This document shows, piece after piece, positions 37,492 to 47,607 of a stretch of 64,000 nt of DNA (position 1 is the first letter of the stretch; each line of letters begins with the position of its first letter). The notes beneath the pieces are model-generated. The model saw only the letters and a program-made list of their open reading frames with translations, was not told the origin of the DNA and ran no database searches. Position numbers and translations under genes: made by a program. The DNA comes from an uncultured Gammaproteobacteria bacterium (GTDB lineage: Bacteria; Pseudomonadota; Gammaproteobacteria; Magnimaribacterales; D2472): NCBI GenBank assembly GCA_964417685.1, contig CAYQIT010000001.1:17157-81156 (forward strand), given 5' to 3'.

Positions 37492-39520
37492 TAGGGATTT
37501 TTCTTTTTGGTTTTGATTCGACTTTGATCTCTTGAATAAGAGGTTTTTTCTTAACCGGTTGAGTATCTTTAGGCTCTATTTTTTTTGTCTGTTCTGTCTT
37601 TTTGGTATCCTTTTTAACTTTCTTTGATTCATTTTTATTTTTTACTTTTTCTGAATCATTTTTTGGTTTATCTGTTTTAGGCAGTTTTTTTGATTGTTGA
37701 GATTTCGTTTGATTATTGTCTTTAGGTTTTTTATTAGCTGTCTTATTCTTATCTGGAGCACTCTTAGAATTAGGTTTTTTTTGTACTTGTTTCCTTTTTG
37801 TATTAGAAGTATTTTTATTAGGCGACTTTCTCTTTTGTTGAGGTTTTCTTCTAGTATTTTTTTTAGTTTTAGTCGGTTCTTTCTTTTCTTCAGCTTCCAA
37901 TCCAGCAATGCTTTTGATCCAACTAACAAGTCCCTCTTTTTTCTTTTTAGGCATCTTGGGTGGTTTAATGCCATCTACCAAAGGTTTCATTGAATTAGAT
38001 TTATTTTTATCATCTCTCCAATCTGTGTCAGGTTCAGGACTATTTGGAGTTAGCTTGTAAGAATCAATCTTCTTCACATCACTAGCTTTTATTCTAGAGA
38101 CTTTATAATAAGGACGAGCTTTATATGGATCTGCCACAATAATTACTCTTATATTGTTTGCTTTTTCAATACGTATAATGTCGTTACGTTTTTCATTTAA
38201 TAAATAGCTAGCTACGTCTGATGGAACAAAAACTTGAATTTCAGCAGTGTTATCCTTAGCAGAGTCTTCGCCAATGATTCTAAGAATTGATTGTCCTAAT
38301 GATCGTGGGCCCCTTACAAGAACATGTTCAATATCATACGACTCATTTAATGATGGTCTTAATCTTTGCCTTGAAACCTCTAAGAGGCCAAACCTTGAAA
38401 TGCTAGATATCTGCACCCTTGCTCTGTCAGTGTATACAGCTTTTCTAAATGCTGACTCAACTTTTTCTTGATGTTTTGTATCCATCATATCAATAAAGTC
38501 AATAACAACTAAACCACCAACATCTCTCAGTCTTAATTGTCTAGCTACTTCCTTTGCTGCTTCTAAATTTGTTTTATATGCAGTATCTTCGATATCTTTA
38601 CCTTTTGTTGATCTGGCTGAATTAACATCAATAGCTGTCATCGCCTCAGTTGGATCAATAACTATAGATCCTCCTGAAGTTAATGAAATTTCTCTCTGAA
38701 AAGCTAATTCAATTTGAGATTCAATTTGATACCTATTAAATAATGGTATCTCCTCATCATAGTATTTAACTTTATGAGCGTGATCTGGCAATACAGCACT
38801 TATGAACTCAAATGCTTCATCAAAGGTTGGCTTGTCATCTATAAGAATTTCTTCAATATCTTCTTTAAAGTAATCTTTAACCACTCTAACAATTAACTTG
38901 TCATCTCTAAATATAAGAGATGGACTAGGAGCATTGGCAAATGTTTTAGATATTTCATCCCATAAAGCAAGCAGGTATGACAAATCAAGAGCAAGTTCTT
39001 CTGAGGTTCTGCCTAAACCATTGGTTCGAACTATTGCACTCATATCTTCAGGTATATCTAGATTAGATAATGCTTTCTTAATCTGATCCCTTTCTTCACC
39101 ACTAATTCTTCTTGAAATACCACCTGACCTAGATGAGTTAGGTATTAAAACCAAGAAACGTCCTGCAAGACCAATTTGAGTTGTTAAGGCAGCACCTTTA
39201 GTACCTCTTTCTTCTTTTGTTACTTGAACAATAATTTCTTGTCCTTCTTTTAAAGTGCATTGAGTTTTGCCATTAGAATTTTTTTCAAAGAAATCACTTG
39301 AGAGATCTTTTAATGGTAGGAACCCATGTCTTTCTGATCCAAAATTAACAAATGCTGCATCAAGACTAGTCTCAATTCTTGAAACCGTTGCTTTAAATAT
39401 ACTACCTTTTAGAAGAACTCTATCAGGTGATTCAGTGTCTAAATCATAAAGTTTAGCTCCATCAACAAGAGCGACTCTTAGCTCATCTCCATATGATGAG
39501 TTAATCAAAATTCTTTTCAT
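37457..39520 (-). CDS. rne: ribonuclease E (short form with Lys-rich low-complexity tail)
   Basis: MKRILINS..ELRVALVDG S1 domain and IDVNSARSTKG, VIDFIDM catalytic-domain motifs. Divergent from rluC as in E. coli. 687 aa. Confidence 0.85.
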   Translation of the reverse strand: MKRILINSSYGDELRVALVDGAKLYDLDTESPDRVLLKGSIFKATVSRIETSLDAAFVNFGSERHGFLPLKDLSSDFFEKNSNGKTQCTLKEGQEIIVQVTKEERGTKGAALTTQIGLAGRFLVLIPNSSRSGGISRRISGEERDQIKKALSNLDIPEDMSAIVRTNGLGRTSEELALDLSYLLALWDEISKTFANAPSPSLIFRDDKLIVRVVKDYFKEDIEEILIDDKPTFDEAFEFISAVLPDHAHKVKYYDEEIPLFNRYQIESQIELAFQREISLTSGGSIVIDPTEAMTAIDVNSARSTKGKDIEDTAYKTNLEAAKEVARQLRLRDVGGLVVIDFIDMMDTKHQEKVESAFRKAVYTDRARVQISSISRFGLLEVSRQRLRPSLNESYDIEHVLVRGPRSLGQSILRIIGEDSAKDNTAEIQVFVPSDVASYLLNEKRNDIIRIEKANNIRVIIVADPYKARPYYKVSRIKASDVKKIDSYKLTPNSPEPDTDWRDDKNKSNSMKPLVDGIKPPKMPKKKKEGLVSWIKSIAGLEAEEKKEPTKTKKNTRRKPQQKRKSPNKNTSNTKRKQVQKKPNSKSAPDKNKTANKKPKDNNQTKSQQSKKLPKTDKPKNDSEKVKNKNESKKVKKDTKKTEQTKKIEPKDTQPVKKKPLIQEIKVESKPKRKIPTRASNDPRDKN

Positions 39521-39713
39521 TATATTCTCCCTATCTATAGGAAGATAAATCAGCAGTGAGCTTAAGCTCGGACTTAATAAGTCTTATTTCTATATTGCTT
39601 ATTAAGTAATGCCTATAAATTAGGCATAAAAAAAACTGTTGTAATTATCTTTTTAATTAATAATATAACCAGACTATCTAGTTATTTAGTTTCATATCGT
39701 ATAGATTTGTTTA
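39521..39713. promoter_or_regulatory. rne 5' UTR / rne-rluC divergent control region with hairpins
   Basis: Palindrome GAGCTTAAGCTC (39558-39569) and hairpin ATGCCTA-TAAAT-TAGGCAT (39609-39627) next to an A8/T8 run. 193 bp, second-longest gap in the window. Confidence 0.4.
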
Positions 39714-40583
39714 ATGAGTGTCAAAAAAATTGTAGTTGATGAGGATAGCTCCAAGAGAAGGCTTGATAATTATTTATTAACACTTTTATTTGATTTGCCT
39801 AAATCAAAAGTATATAGCATGGTCAGAAAAGGGGAGGTAAGAATAAACTCTGGGAGGGTCAAACCTAGTACTAAAATTAATGTTGGAGATGAAATTAGAC
39901 TACCTCCTTATATAAATATTCCAAAAAAAGATGAAGTTCGAATACCAGATAATCTAAAAAAAACTATTTCTCAAGCTATTATCTATGAAGATAAAAATTA
40001 CATCATCATAAATAAGCCAACTGGAATAGCTGTCCATGGCGGAACTGATAATAAATTTGGTTTAATAACTATTATGAGGGATATGTTCAGCGAAAAGATT
40101 GATCTATGTCATAGAATTGATAAAGAAACTTCAGGGTGCTTAGTATTTTCATTAAATAAAAAATCAACCAAACATTTCAACTATTTGCTTCAATCAAGAA
40201 AAGTAACTAAAAAATATAAAGCCATACTCAAGGGAGCGATTTCAAAGGATATTTTCATTAATAATTATATTGGTGATGAGCCTCAATTAGCTATTTCAAA
40301 ATTTAATATTATTAACTCTTCTAAAAATGCTTCATATGTTGATATTGAAATTACCACTGGACGAACACACCAAATAAGAATCCATTCCAATGAAATAGGG
40401 CATCCTGTAATAAATGATTCTAAGTATGGTGATTGGAAATTCAATAGATCCATCAAAAACTTTGGAAAAAGAATGGCGTTGCATGCACATACGATGGAAT
40501 TTACTGATCAGCTTGGAAAACAAATTAAAGTTGTTGCAAAATTAGACAAAGATTTTAATGATCTTTTAAAATTATTAAATTAA
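39714..40583 (+). CDS. rluC: 23S rRNA pseudouridine synthase RluC-like
   Basis: N-terminal S4 domain, RluA-family catalytic motif HRIDKETSGC, THQIRIH. Confidence 0.85.
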   Translation: MSVKKIVVDEDSSKRRLDNYLLTLLFDLPKSKVYSMVRKGEVRINSGRVKPSTKINVGDEIRLPPYINIPKKDEVRIPDNLKKTISQAIIYEDKNYIIINKPTGIAVHGGTDNKFGLITIMRDMFSEKIDLCHRIDKETSGCLVFSLNKKSTKHFNYLLQSRKVTKKYKAILKGAISKDIFINNYIGDEPQLAISKFNIINSSKNASYVDIEITTGRTHQIRIHSNEIGHPVINDSKYGDWKFNRSIKNFGKRMALHAHTMEFTDQLGKQIKVVAKLDKDFNDLLKLLN

Positions 40584-40643
40584 AAAAAGATACCAAATGA
40601 TATTCAAATTTGATAGGATACGTTTTTTTTAATAGGGTTAATT

Positions 40644-40853
40644 ATGGCAGTTCAAAAAAGTAAGAAAACTAGATCAAGAATTGGGATGAGAAGATCTCAT
40701 GATGCACTAAAAAATTCAACACTTTCTACTGACCCAGTATCAGGTGAAAGACACCTAAGACACCAAATGACTAAAGATGGTTTCTATAAAGGCAGACTCA
40801 TCAAAGATCTCAGAAAGCCTGAAAAGGATGTCGAAGAAGAAAACCTTAGTTAA
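40644..40853 (+). CDS. rpmF: 50S ribosomal protein L32
   Basis: [22 protein letters not shown]... with a C-terminal extension; 69 aa. Confidence 0.9.
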   Translation: MAVQKSKKTRSRIGMRRSHDALKNSTLSTDPVSGERHLRHQMTKDGFYKGRLIKDLRKPEKDVEEENLS

Positions 40854-40855
40854 TA

Positions 40856-41767
40856 ATGTCTAAACATATCAGCGTTGTCTTTCCAGGACAAGGCTCTCAG
40901 TCTCATGGTATGACTGAAACATTCACACCTGATGAGTTCTATAACCTAGGTTATAAAAATCCATTTGATTTTGATTTGCTAGATATCATTAATAATGATG
41001 AGGAAAAGCTTAATAAAAGCTACTACACGCAACCAGCACTTGTGCTTACATCATTACTTTATTATCAAAGATTAAAAAATATTTTACCCAATCAACCTAA
41101 TATTCTTGCAGGACATTCTCTTGGTGAATATTCAGCTTTAGTTGCATCAAATGCTATAGACCTTCATTCTGCTTTAAAGCTTGTATATAAGAGGGGTAAA
41201 TTTATGGCAGAATCAAAAAATGGTTCTATGATGGCTGTAATGGGAGCTACCCTAGAAAATATATTAAATGTTTGTGATCAAATAAATGAAGATGAGAATG
41301 AAAATATATCAGCAGCAAACTTAAACTCACCAAATCAAATTGTATTAGGCGGATTAGAATCTTCTATTAATATTGCAGCAATAAAACTAAAAGAATTAGG
41401 TGCTAAAAGATGTATTAAGCTTAAAGTAGCAACAGCTTCACATTGTAAATTATTAGGTGATGCATCTAAGAAATTAGAGAATGAATTAAATTTAATAGAA
41501 TTTATAGAACCTGAGATTGATGTTATTCAAAATATAAATGCAATAATTTCCTCAGATATCACCAAAATTAAACAGAATCTTGTCAATCAGCTCACAAATC
41601 CAGTTCAATGGATTGATACAATGAAACAAATTAATCATCATAAAGGTATTATTATTGAATGTGGTCCCGGAAAGATTTTATCAGGATTAGCTAAAGCAAA
41701 TGGATGTGAGAATATCTTAACAATGTCCTCAGCAACATTTGAAGAAGATTTAAGGAACATGTTATGA
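40856..41767 (+). CDS. fabD: malonyl-CoA:ACP transacylase
   Basis: FPGQGSQ, GHSLGEYSAL motifs. Confidence 0.9.
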   Translation: MSKHISVVFPGQGSQSHGMTETFTPDEFYNLGYKNPFDFDLLDIINNDEEKLNKSYYTQPALVLTSLLYYQRLKNILPNQPNILAGHSLGEYSALVASNAIDLHSALKLVYKRGKFMAESKNGSMMAVMGATLENILNVCDQINEDENENISAANLNSPNQIVLGGLESSINIAAIKLKELGAKRCIKLKVATASHCKLLGDASKKLENELNLIEFIEPEIDVIQNINAIISSDITKIKQNLVNQLTNPVQWIDTMKQINHHKGIIIECGPGKILSGLAKANGCENILTMSSATFEEDLRNML

Positions 41768-42480
41768 AAAATGTATTTATTACAGGTGCTTCTAGAGGAA
41801 TAGGAGAATCTATCGCTTATTATTTTGCAGAAAAAGGTTTTAATGTTGTTGGAACTGCAAGATCAGAATTTAATTTTAAAAATGATAATTTTATCGGAAA
41901 TTTATATCCTGTTCAGCTTGATGTAACGGATAGGCAATCAATGAAATCAGTATATTCGGTTCTCAAAGATAAAGACTTGTTACCAAACATTCTTATAAAT
42001 AATGCTGGCATAACTTCTGATCAGATTTTTATGAGAATGAAAGATGATGATTGGGATAATGTTATCGATATAAATCTTACAGGGACATTTAATATAACAA
42101 AGCTATTTATTAAAGATATGGTAAAAAATAGATATGGAAAAATTATCAACATATCTTCAGTATCAGGTTTGATGGGAAATCCTGGTCAAGTTAATTATTC
42201 TTCTTCTAAAGCTGCTTTAGGCGGATTTACAAAGTCACTTGCAAAAGAGTTGGGTTCAAGAAATATTAATGTTAATTCAATTGCACCAGGCTTTATTGAT
42301 ACTGATATGACAGATTTTTTAGATCATGAAGCAAAAGAATTATTAAAAAAAGATATTCCTTTAAATAGACTTGGCAATACTGATGATATTTCAGAGTTAG
42401 CTTTCTTTCTAGCCTCTGATCAAGCCGAATATATAACCGGTCAAACCATATCTGTAGATGGTGGTTTATTTATGCATTAA
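41764..42480 (+). CDS. fabG: 3-oxoacyl-ACP reductase
   Basis: TGASRGIG, NNAG, YSSSKAA; position between fabD and acpP. Confidence 0.9.
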   Translation: MKNVFITGASRGIGESIAYYFAEKGFNVVGTARSEFNFKNDNFIGNLYPVQLDVTDRQSMKSVYSVLKDKDLLPNILINNAGITSDQIFMRMKDDDWDNVIDINLTGTFNITKLFIKDMVKNRYGKIINISSVSGLMGNPGQVNYSSSKAALGGFTKSLAKELGSRNINVNSIAPGFIDTDMTDFLDHEAKELLKKDIPLNRLGNTDDISELAFFLASDQAEYITGQTISVDGGLFMH

Positions 42481-42540
42481 AAAAATGCATCTTCAAAATA
42501 AAACATGTAAAATAAGCATCTTTTTATCATGGGAGATAAT

Positions 42541-42771
42541 ATGAGCGTTGAAGATAGAGTTAAAAAAATTGTAAGTGATCAGCTTGGAACTTCTTTAGAA
42601 GAGGTAAATAGTGATTCTTCATTTGTTGATGATCTTGGAGCAGATTCTCTTGATACAGTTGAGCTTGTAATGGCTTTAGAAGAAGAGTTTGATCTTGAAA
42701 TTGCAGACGAAGATGCTGAAAAGATATCAACAGTTAATGAGGCAGTAGACTACATTAATTCCAATTCATAA
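42541..42771 (+). CDS. acpP: acyl carrier protein
   Basis: [23 protein letters not shown] 42541 preferred over 42529 (GGAG SD just upstream). Confidence 0.9.
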   Translation: MSVEDRVKKIVSDQLGTSLEEVNSDSSFVDDLGADSLDTVELVMALEEEFDLEIADEDAEKISTVNEAVDYINSNS

Positions 42772-42777
42772 AGCATA

Positions 42778-44004
42778 GTGAAGCTACAAAGAAGAGTTGT
42801 AGTTACAGGTTTGGGCATTGTTTCGCCCATTGGAAATAACATTGATGATGCCTGGGATGCTTGTACTAATGGTATCTCAGGTATCACTTTCAATGAAACA
42901 GACATTCCAGATTCACCAGTAAATATTGGTGGAAGAATAAAAGATCTAGATCTCAAAGATTATTTAGACATTAAGGAAATTAGACGCCTTGATCCATTTA
43001 TCCAATATTCATTAATATCATCTTCGCAGGCAATTAAAGATGCTGGAATAGACGAATCTATTAATCATAATAGAATTGGTGTTAATTTTGGTTCTGGTAT
43101 TGGTGGTATATCTAATATCGAAAAAAATTATGAACTATTAAAAACTTCTGGCTATAAAAAAATATCACCTTTTTTTGTACCTGGTTCTATTGTAAATATG
43201 ACTTCGGGATTTATATCAATCAAACATGGTTTCAAAGGGCCTTCCATGAGTACCGTCACAGCATGTTCAGCTGCAAGTCATTCGATTGGCATGTCTGCAA
43301 GATCTATTGCTTATGGTGATGCTGATTTAATGATTGCAGGTGGCTCCGAAATGTCTAGTACACCATTAGGAATAGGGGGGTTTATTGCTGCAAGAGCATT
43401 ATCAGAATCAAATGATCCAACAAGTGCTAGTAAACCATGGGATAAAAATAGAGATGGTTTCGTATTAGCAGATGGTTCTGCTGCTTTAGTCCTCGAAGAG
43501 TATCAACATGCAAAGACAAGAAATGCTAACATTTACGGTGAAATAATTGGTTTTGGTATGAGTTCTGATGCCTATCATATGACAGCTCCTCCAGAGGATG
43601 GTTCAGGAGCTGCTGCTGCAATGAAGGCTGCTATAGAGGATTGTTCTGATAAGTTGAAACAGATCGACTATATAAACGCTCATGGTACCTCAACTCCTTT
43701 AGGTGATTTAGCTGAGTCAAATGCGATTAAGAGTATTTTTAATGCAAATGTTCCTCTAATTAGCTCAACAAAATCAATGACAGGACATACTTTGGGAGCT
43801 GCTGGTGCAATTGAATCTGTATTTTCACTTTTAGCGTTAAGAGATGGAATAGCACCGCCAACAATTAATCTGGTAAATCAAGACCCTTTATGTGACTTAG
43901 ACTTTAACGCCTTAGAGTCTAGAAAAATTAATATTAATACTGTTATGAATAATTCTTTTGGATTTGGTGGAACTAATTCATCTTTAATATTTGCTAAAAT
44001 TTAG
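42778..44004 (+). CDS. fabF: 3-oxoacyl-ACP synthase II
   Basis: GTG start. RRVVVTGLG, active-site TACSAASHSIG, HGTSTPLGD, GHTLGAAG. Confidence 0.9.
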   Translation: MKLQRRVVVTGLGIVSPIGNNIDDAWDACTNGISGITFNETDIPDSPVNIGGRIKDLDLKDYLDIKEIRRLDPFIQYSLISSSQAIKDAGIDESINHNRIGVNFGSGIGGISNIEKNYELLKTSGYKKISPFFVPGSIVNMTSGFISIKHGFKGPSMSTVTACSAASHSIGMSARSIAYGDADLMIAGGSEMSSTPLGIGGFIAARALSESNDPTSASKPWDKNRDGFVLADGSAALVLEEYQHAKTRNANIYGEIIGFGMSSDAYHMTAPPEDGSGAAAAMKAAIEDCSDKLKQIDYINAHGTSTPLGDLAESNAIKSIFNANVPLISSTKSMTGHTLGAAGAIESVFSLLALRDGIAPPTINLVNQDPLCDLDFNALESRKININTVMNNSFGFGGTNSSLIFAKI

Positions 44005-44957
44005 TGAAGTTTTTTACTAAATCCCTTTCTTTATTATTAATAATTCCGGCTTTATTAGTTGGGCCATATTTCTCATTTCTAAGTTACAAGAACACTAAAG
44101 CGGATGTTCTAATTATTGAAACAGGTGATACGGCATACAAAACTCTAGAAAATATTATTCCTCTTAGCGTATTTGATAAATACTTCCTTAGACTTCATTT
44201 TAATATAGAAAATATTAAAGACATTAAAGCAGGGGAGTATTTGATAAAGAATAAAACCATAGAAGAAATAATTAAAGATATTTCGAATGGTAATTATTTA
44301 CGAAGGTCTATTAGAATTAAAGAAGGTTCAAATTTATATGATCTAGAAAAAGATCTTACCAATCACTATTTATTAAATGATTGTTCTTATTTATCTTGCA
44401 TTAAAACAAAAACTAATAAAGAAGGTTTGCTTTTACCAGATACTTATTATTATTTTAGAGGCATGAAATTATCTAGTATATTCAGTGAAAGTAACGAAAA
44501 ACTAAATAAACTTATTAATACATTATGGCTTGAAAAACCTCAAGATAATCCACTTAAGAGTAAATATGACGCATTAATACTTGCATCAATAATTGAGAAA
44601 GAGGCAGGAAATAATGAAGAAAAATTATTGATCTCTGGTGTATTTTTAAAAAGACTGGAAATGGATATGCGACTTCAAGCTGATCCGACAATAATATATG
44701 GATTATTGCCAAATTTTGATGGAGATATTAAAAAGTCTGATATTCTTGATAAAGAAAATATTTACAACACATATATGAAAAAAGGTTTACCACCAAGTCC
44801 TATAGCTTTTTCATCTATATCTTCAATAGAAGCTGCTATTCTAGGAACTCCTGGTGATTTTTTATTCTTTGTTGCTGATTCTCCATCTTCTCATTATTTT
44901 TCTAAAACTTATGAAGAACATAAAGAAGCTATTAAAAAATATGGTGTTGATAAATGA
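44004..44957 (+). CDS. mltG: endolytic murein transglycosylase MltG (YceG)
   Basis: GTG start overlapping the fabF stop. N-terminal TM, LASIIEKEA, QADPTIIYG, YNTYMKKGLPPSPI. Confidence 0.85.
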   Translation: MKFFTKSLSLLLIIPALLVGPYFSFLSYKNTKADVLIIETGDTAYKTLENIIPLSVFDKYFLRLHFNIENIKDIKAGEYLIKNKTIEEIIKDISNGNYLRRSIRIKEGSNLYDLEKDLTNHYLLNDCSYLSCIKTKTNKEGLLLPDTYYYFRGMKLSSIFSESNEKLNKLINTLWLEKPQDNPLKSKYDALILASIIEKEAGNNEEKLLISGVFLKRLEMDMRLQADPTIIYGLLPNFDGDIKKSDILDKENIYNTYMKKGLPPSPIAFSSISSIEAAILGTPGDFLFFVADSPSSHYFSKTYEEHKEAIKKYGVDK

Positions 44958-45547
44958 TTATTAGTTTCGAAGGTATAGAGGGTGTAGGAAAATCAACACA
45001 GATCAACTTACTTAAAGACTGGTTAAACAATAAAGGGCTTAGCACTGTTTTATTTAGAGAACCAGGCTCAACAGAAGCAAGTGAAAAAATTAGAGAATTA
45101 TTGCTATCTATTGAATCAAATCTCTCAAATGAATCTGAATTGTTATTAATGTTTGCTGCAAGAGCTCAGCTCGTAAGCGAAAAAATCAACAATAATCAGG
45201 GTGATGTAATACTCTTTGATAGATACTATGATGCATCAATCGCATATCAAGGATATGGTAGGTCTTTATCGCTTGATTTAATCAAAAATTTAATACAATT
45301 TACTAACTGTCCAGAGCCAAATCTCACATTTCTTTTAGATTTAGATGTTGAAGAGGGCTTTAAAAGAAAATCTGGCGATGTAATTGATAGGATAGAGTCA
45401 TCTGGAATTCATTTTTTTAATAGAGTTAGGGAAGGTTATAAGCAAATAGCCAAATCTGAACCTAAAAGAGTTAAGCTAATAAATGCAGATCAAGACAGTT
45501 CAGTTATTCATAATCAAATTATTGATTTTGTAAATGAAATTTTATGA
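44954..45547 (+). CDS. tmk: thymidylate kinase
   Basis: FEGIEGVGKSTQ P-loop, DRY motif; 197 aa. Confidence 0.9.
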   Translation: MIISFEGIEGVGKSTQINLLKDWLNNKGLSTVLFREPGSTEASEKIRELLLSIESNLSNESELLLMFAARAQLVSEKINNNQGDVILFDRYYDASIAYQGYGRSLSLDLIKNLIQFTNCPEPNLTFLLDLDVEEGFKRKSGDVIDRIESSGIHFFNRVREGYKQIAKSEPKRVKLINADQDSSVIHNQIIDFVNEIL

Positions 45548-46521
45548 GTATTGATTCTTATCCATGGCTCGAAAAATACTACCAAGGTATTAATTTAACA
45601 AATCTCCCTCATGCCATTATTATTAATGGTCCTAAGGGCGTCGGTAAAAAAATTCTCTCTAGAGATATTGCTAAATTAATTATCTCTAATGAAGAAGGTA
45701 TTAGTTCAAATAATGACCATCATTCTTTAATGAACACTAATACCCATCCTGATTTTTATGAAATAAATAAGGATGTAATTAAAGTTGGAGATATCAGCAG
45801 AAGGGAAAATGATAAATGGGATCCAGAGAAAGGAAAAAAAGATGCTTTAAGTTTTTTAAATTTAACTCCATCAATTTCATTAAATAAAGTCCTCTTAATG
45901 CATAACGTTGATAATATGACATTGAGCGCCCAGGATGCTCTTTTGAAGTCTCTTGAAGAACCTGCACCATATGCCTATATAATTATGACAACTAGCAGAC
46001 CTTATTCTCTAAAAACTACTATTTACAGTAGGTGCCAAACATTTAATATTAAAAACCCATCTAATAAAGAAATAAATTCATGGTTAGATAGCAGAGGGCT
46101 TGGCGATTATAGTTCACTAGACTTTCCTAGTTATTACTCCCCTTTGATGATTTTAAGCTCTATAGAAGATTCAAATGAAAGAGTTTTTAAAAATTTTATA
46201 GAGTCATTTGATTTATTTCTTACTAATAAAATAACTCAAACAGAATTTATAAAATCATTAAATGATTTAGACCTAGAGTTAATTGATAAATTAAATTTTA
46301 TAATTGAAATATTAAAAATACTTTTATCATCTCAAATCCTAAAAAAACCTTTGAATGGAATATATAGATCTTTTAGTAATTTTGAATTTAGTAATTTAAA
46401 AATATCTAATATTATTAATGACATCAATGATTTGAAATTTAACTTCTATAAAGTTAAATCTATTAATGAGTCACATATATTTAATTATTTATGTAGTGAC
46501 ATAAAATCATCTTTTAAATAA
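45544..46521 (+). CDS. holB: DNA polymerase III delta' subunit
   Basis: LPHAIIINGPKGVGKK, LLKSLEEP, SRC motif. Follows tmk as in E. coli. Confidence 0.8.
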   Translation: MSIDSYPWLEKYYQGINLTNLPHAIIINGPKGVGKKILSRDIAKLIISNEEGISSNNDHHSLMNTNTHPDFYEINKDVIKVGDISRRENDKWDPEKGKKDALSFLNLTPSISLNKVLLMHNVDNMTLSAQDALLKSLEEPAPYAYIIMTTSRPYSLKTTIYSRCQTFNIKNPSNKEINSWLDSRGLGDYSSLDFPSYYSPLMILSSIEDSNERVFKNFIESFDLFLTNKITQTEFIKSLNDLDLELIDKLNFIIEILKILLSSQILKKPLNGIYRSFSNFEFSNLKISNIINDINDLKFNFYKVKSINESHIFNYLCSDIKSSFK

Positions 46522-47281
46522 CTGTAGTTCCTCCATCGATTACAATTGTTTGCCCATTAATATACTCACCACTTTTAGAGGCCAGTAAAACCGCTGCTCC
46601 AGCAATTTCATCTGGGATGCCAATTCTTCCCATTGGAGTTGACCTTAGAACTGTTTTTAATATATCTGGGTTACTCCATAAGTCTTTTGCAAAATCAGTT
46701 TTAATTAAACCTGGTGCTATTGAGTTAGCCCTAATATTATTTTTACCAAATTCAGCAGCAATATTTTTAACTATCATCACATCTGCAGCTTTACTTATAT
46801 TGTATGCACCTAAAATGGATGAGCCTCTCAATGCAGCTATGCTCGAGACAATAATAATTGCTCCGTCATTTCTTTCTACCATTTCAGGAATCACTAAATT
46901 ACTCAATATTTGATTTGATCTTATATTATTATTCATCACTTTATCAAAAGCCTCTATAGGCATATCAAGCATTGATCCCATATGGGTATTTGTAGCAGCA
47001 TTGCATACTAGAACATCAATTTTTCCAATTATTTCTCTTGTTTTTGAAACTAGATCTTCAAGTTCTTCTTGATGACTAATATTACAGGGTATAGGGTAAG
47101 CAAGTTCTTTTCCTATACTAGTATTTATCTCATCTGCTGTATCTATACAGGTTTCAGAAGTTCTACTAGATATAATAACTTTTGCACCATGTTCAGCATA
47201 TCTAGTAGCTATTGATTTACCTATTCCTTTGGACGAGCCAGTTATAAGAACGCTTTTACCAGTTAAATCGAATAGTGACAT
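46514..47281 (-). CDS. short-chain dehydrogenase/reductase
   Basis: TGSSKGIG, NAAT, YNISKAA. Start set at Met7 (47281), preceded by GGAG; the track start is 47299. Confidence 0.8.
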   Translation of the reverse strand: MSLFDLTGKSVLITGSSKGIGKSIATRYAEHGAKVIISSRTSETCIDTADEINTSIGKELAYPIPCNISHQEELEDLVSKTREIIGKIDVLVCNAATNTHMGSMLDMPIEAFDKVMNNNIRSNQILSNLVIPEMVERNDGAIIIVSSIAALRGSSILGAYNISKAADVMIVKNIAAEFGKNNIRANSIAPGLIKTDFAKDLWSNPDILKTVLRSTPMGRIGIPDEIAGAAVLLASKSGEYINGQTIVIDGGTTVI

Positions 47282-47367
47282 TTTATATACTCCATGCATG
47301 ATTAAATTATTAATATATTATAAGATAAATCATCTTAATTAATCGTTTATATAAAAGGTATCTATCT

Positions 47368-47604
47368 ATGTTTGATAAAGTTGAAATTTATTCAAAATCA
47401 AATTGCTCATATTGTGTGATGGCAAAAAACTACTTTGAATCTAATGGAATAGATTATATTGAATACAATGTTGAGCATATACCTACATTCAATGAGCTTT
47501 TAGAAAGACATCCGGCAGCAAGAACAATGCCGCAAATTTTTATAAATGATGATTTGATTGGTGGTTACACAGATTTAATAGCATGGTTGGAAAAAAAGGA
47601 ATAA
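47368..47604 (+). CDS. glutaredoxin (CSYC active site)
   Basis: 78 aa; SNCSYCVMAKNYF, PQIFINDDLIGGYTDL. Confidence 0.75.
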   Translation: MFDKVEIYSKSNCSYCVMAKNYFESNGIDYIEYNVEHIPTFNELLERHPAARTMPQIFINDDLIGGYTDLIAWLEKKE

Positions 47605-47607
47605 ATA

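Noticed and set aside
37642-37993. Track ORFs 37642..37974 (minus) and 37694..37993 (plus) inside the rne 3' region.
   Set aside because: They are alternative-frame and antisense readings of the Lys-codon-rich low-complexity DNA of the RNase E tail. Their composition is repetitive and there is no independent start context.
40590-40630. Possible intrinsic terminator after rluC (imperfect stem around TCAAATTTGA followed by T8).
   Set aside because: The stem is weak: 5 bp, then a mismatch, then 2 bp, all A/T-rich. The T run may simply be promoter/UP-element DNA for rpmF.
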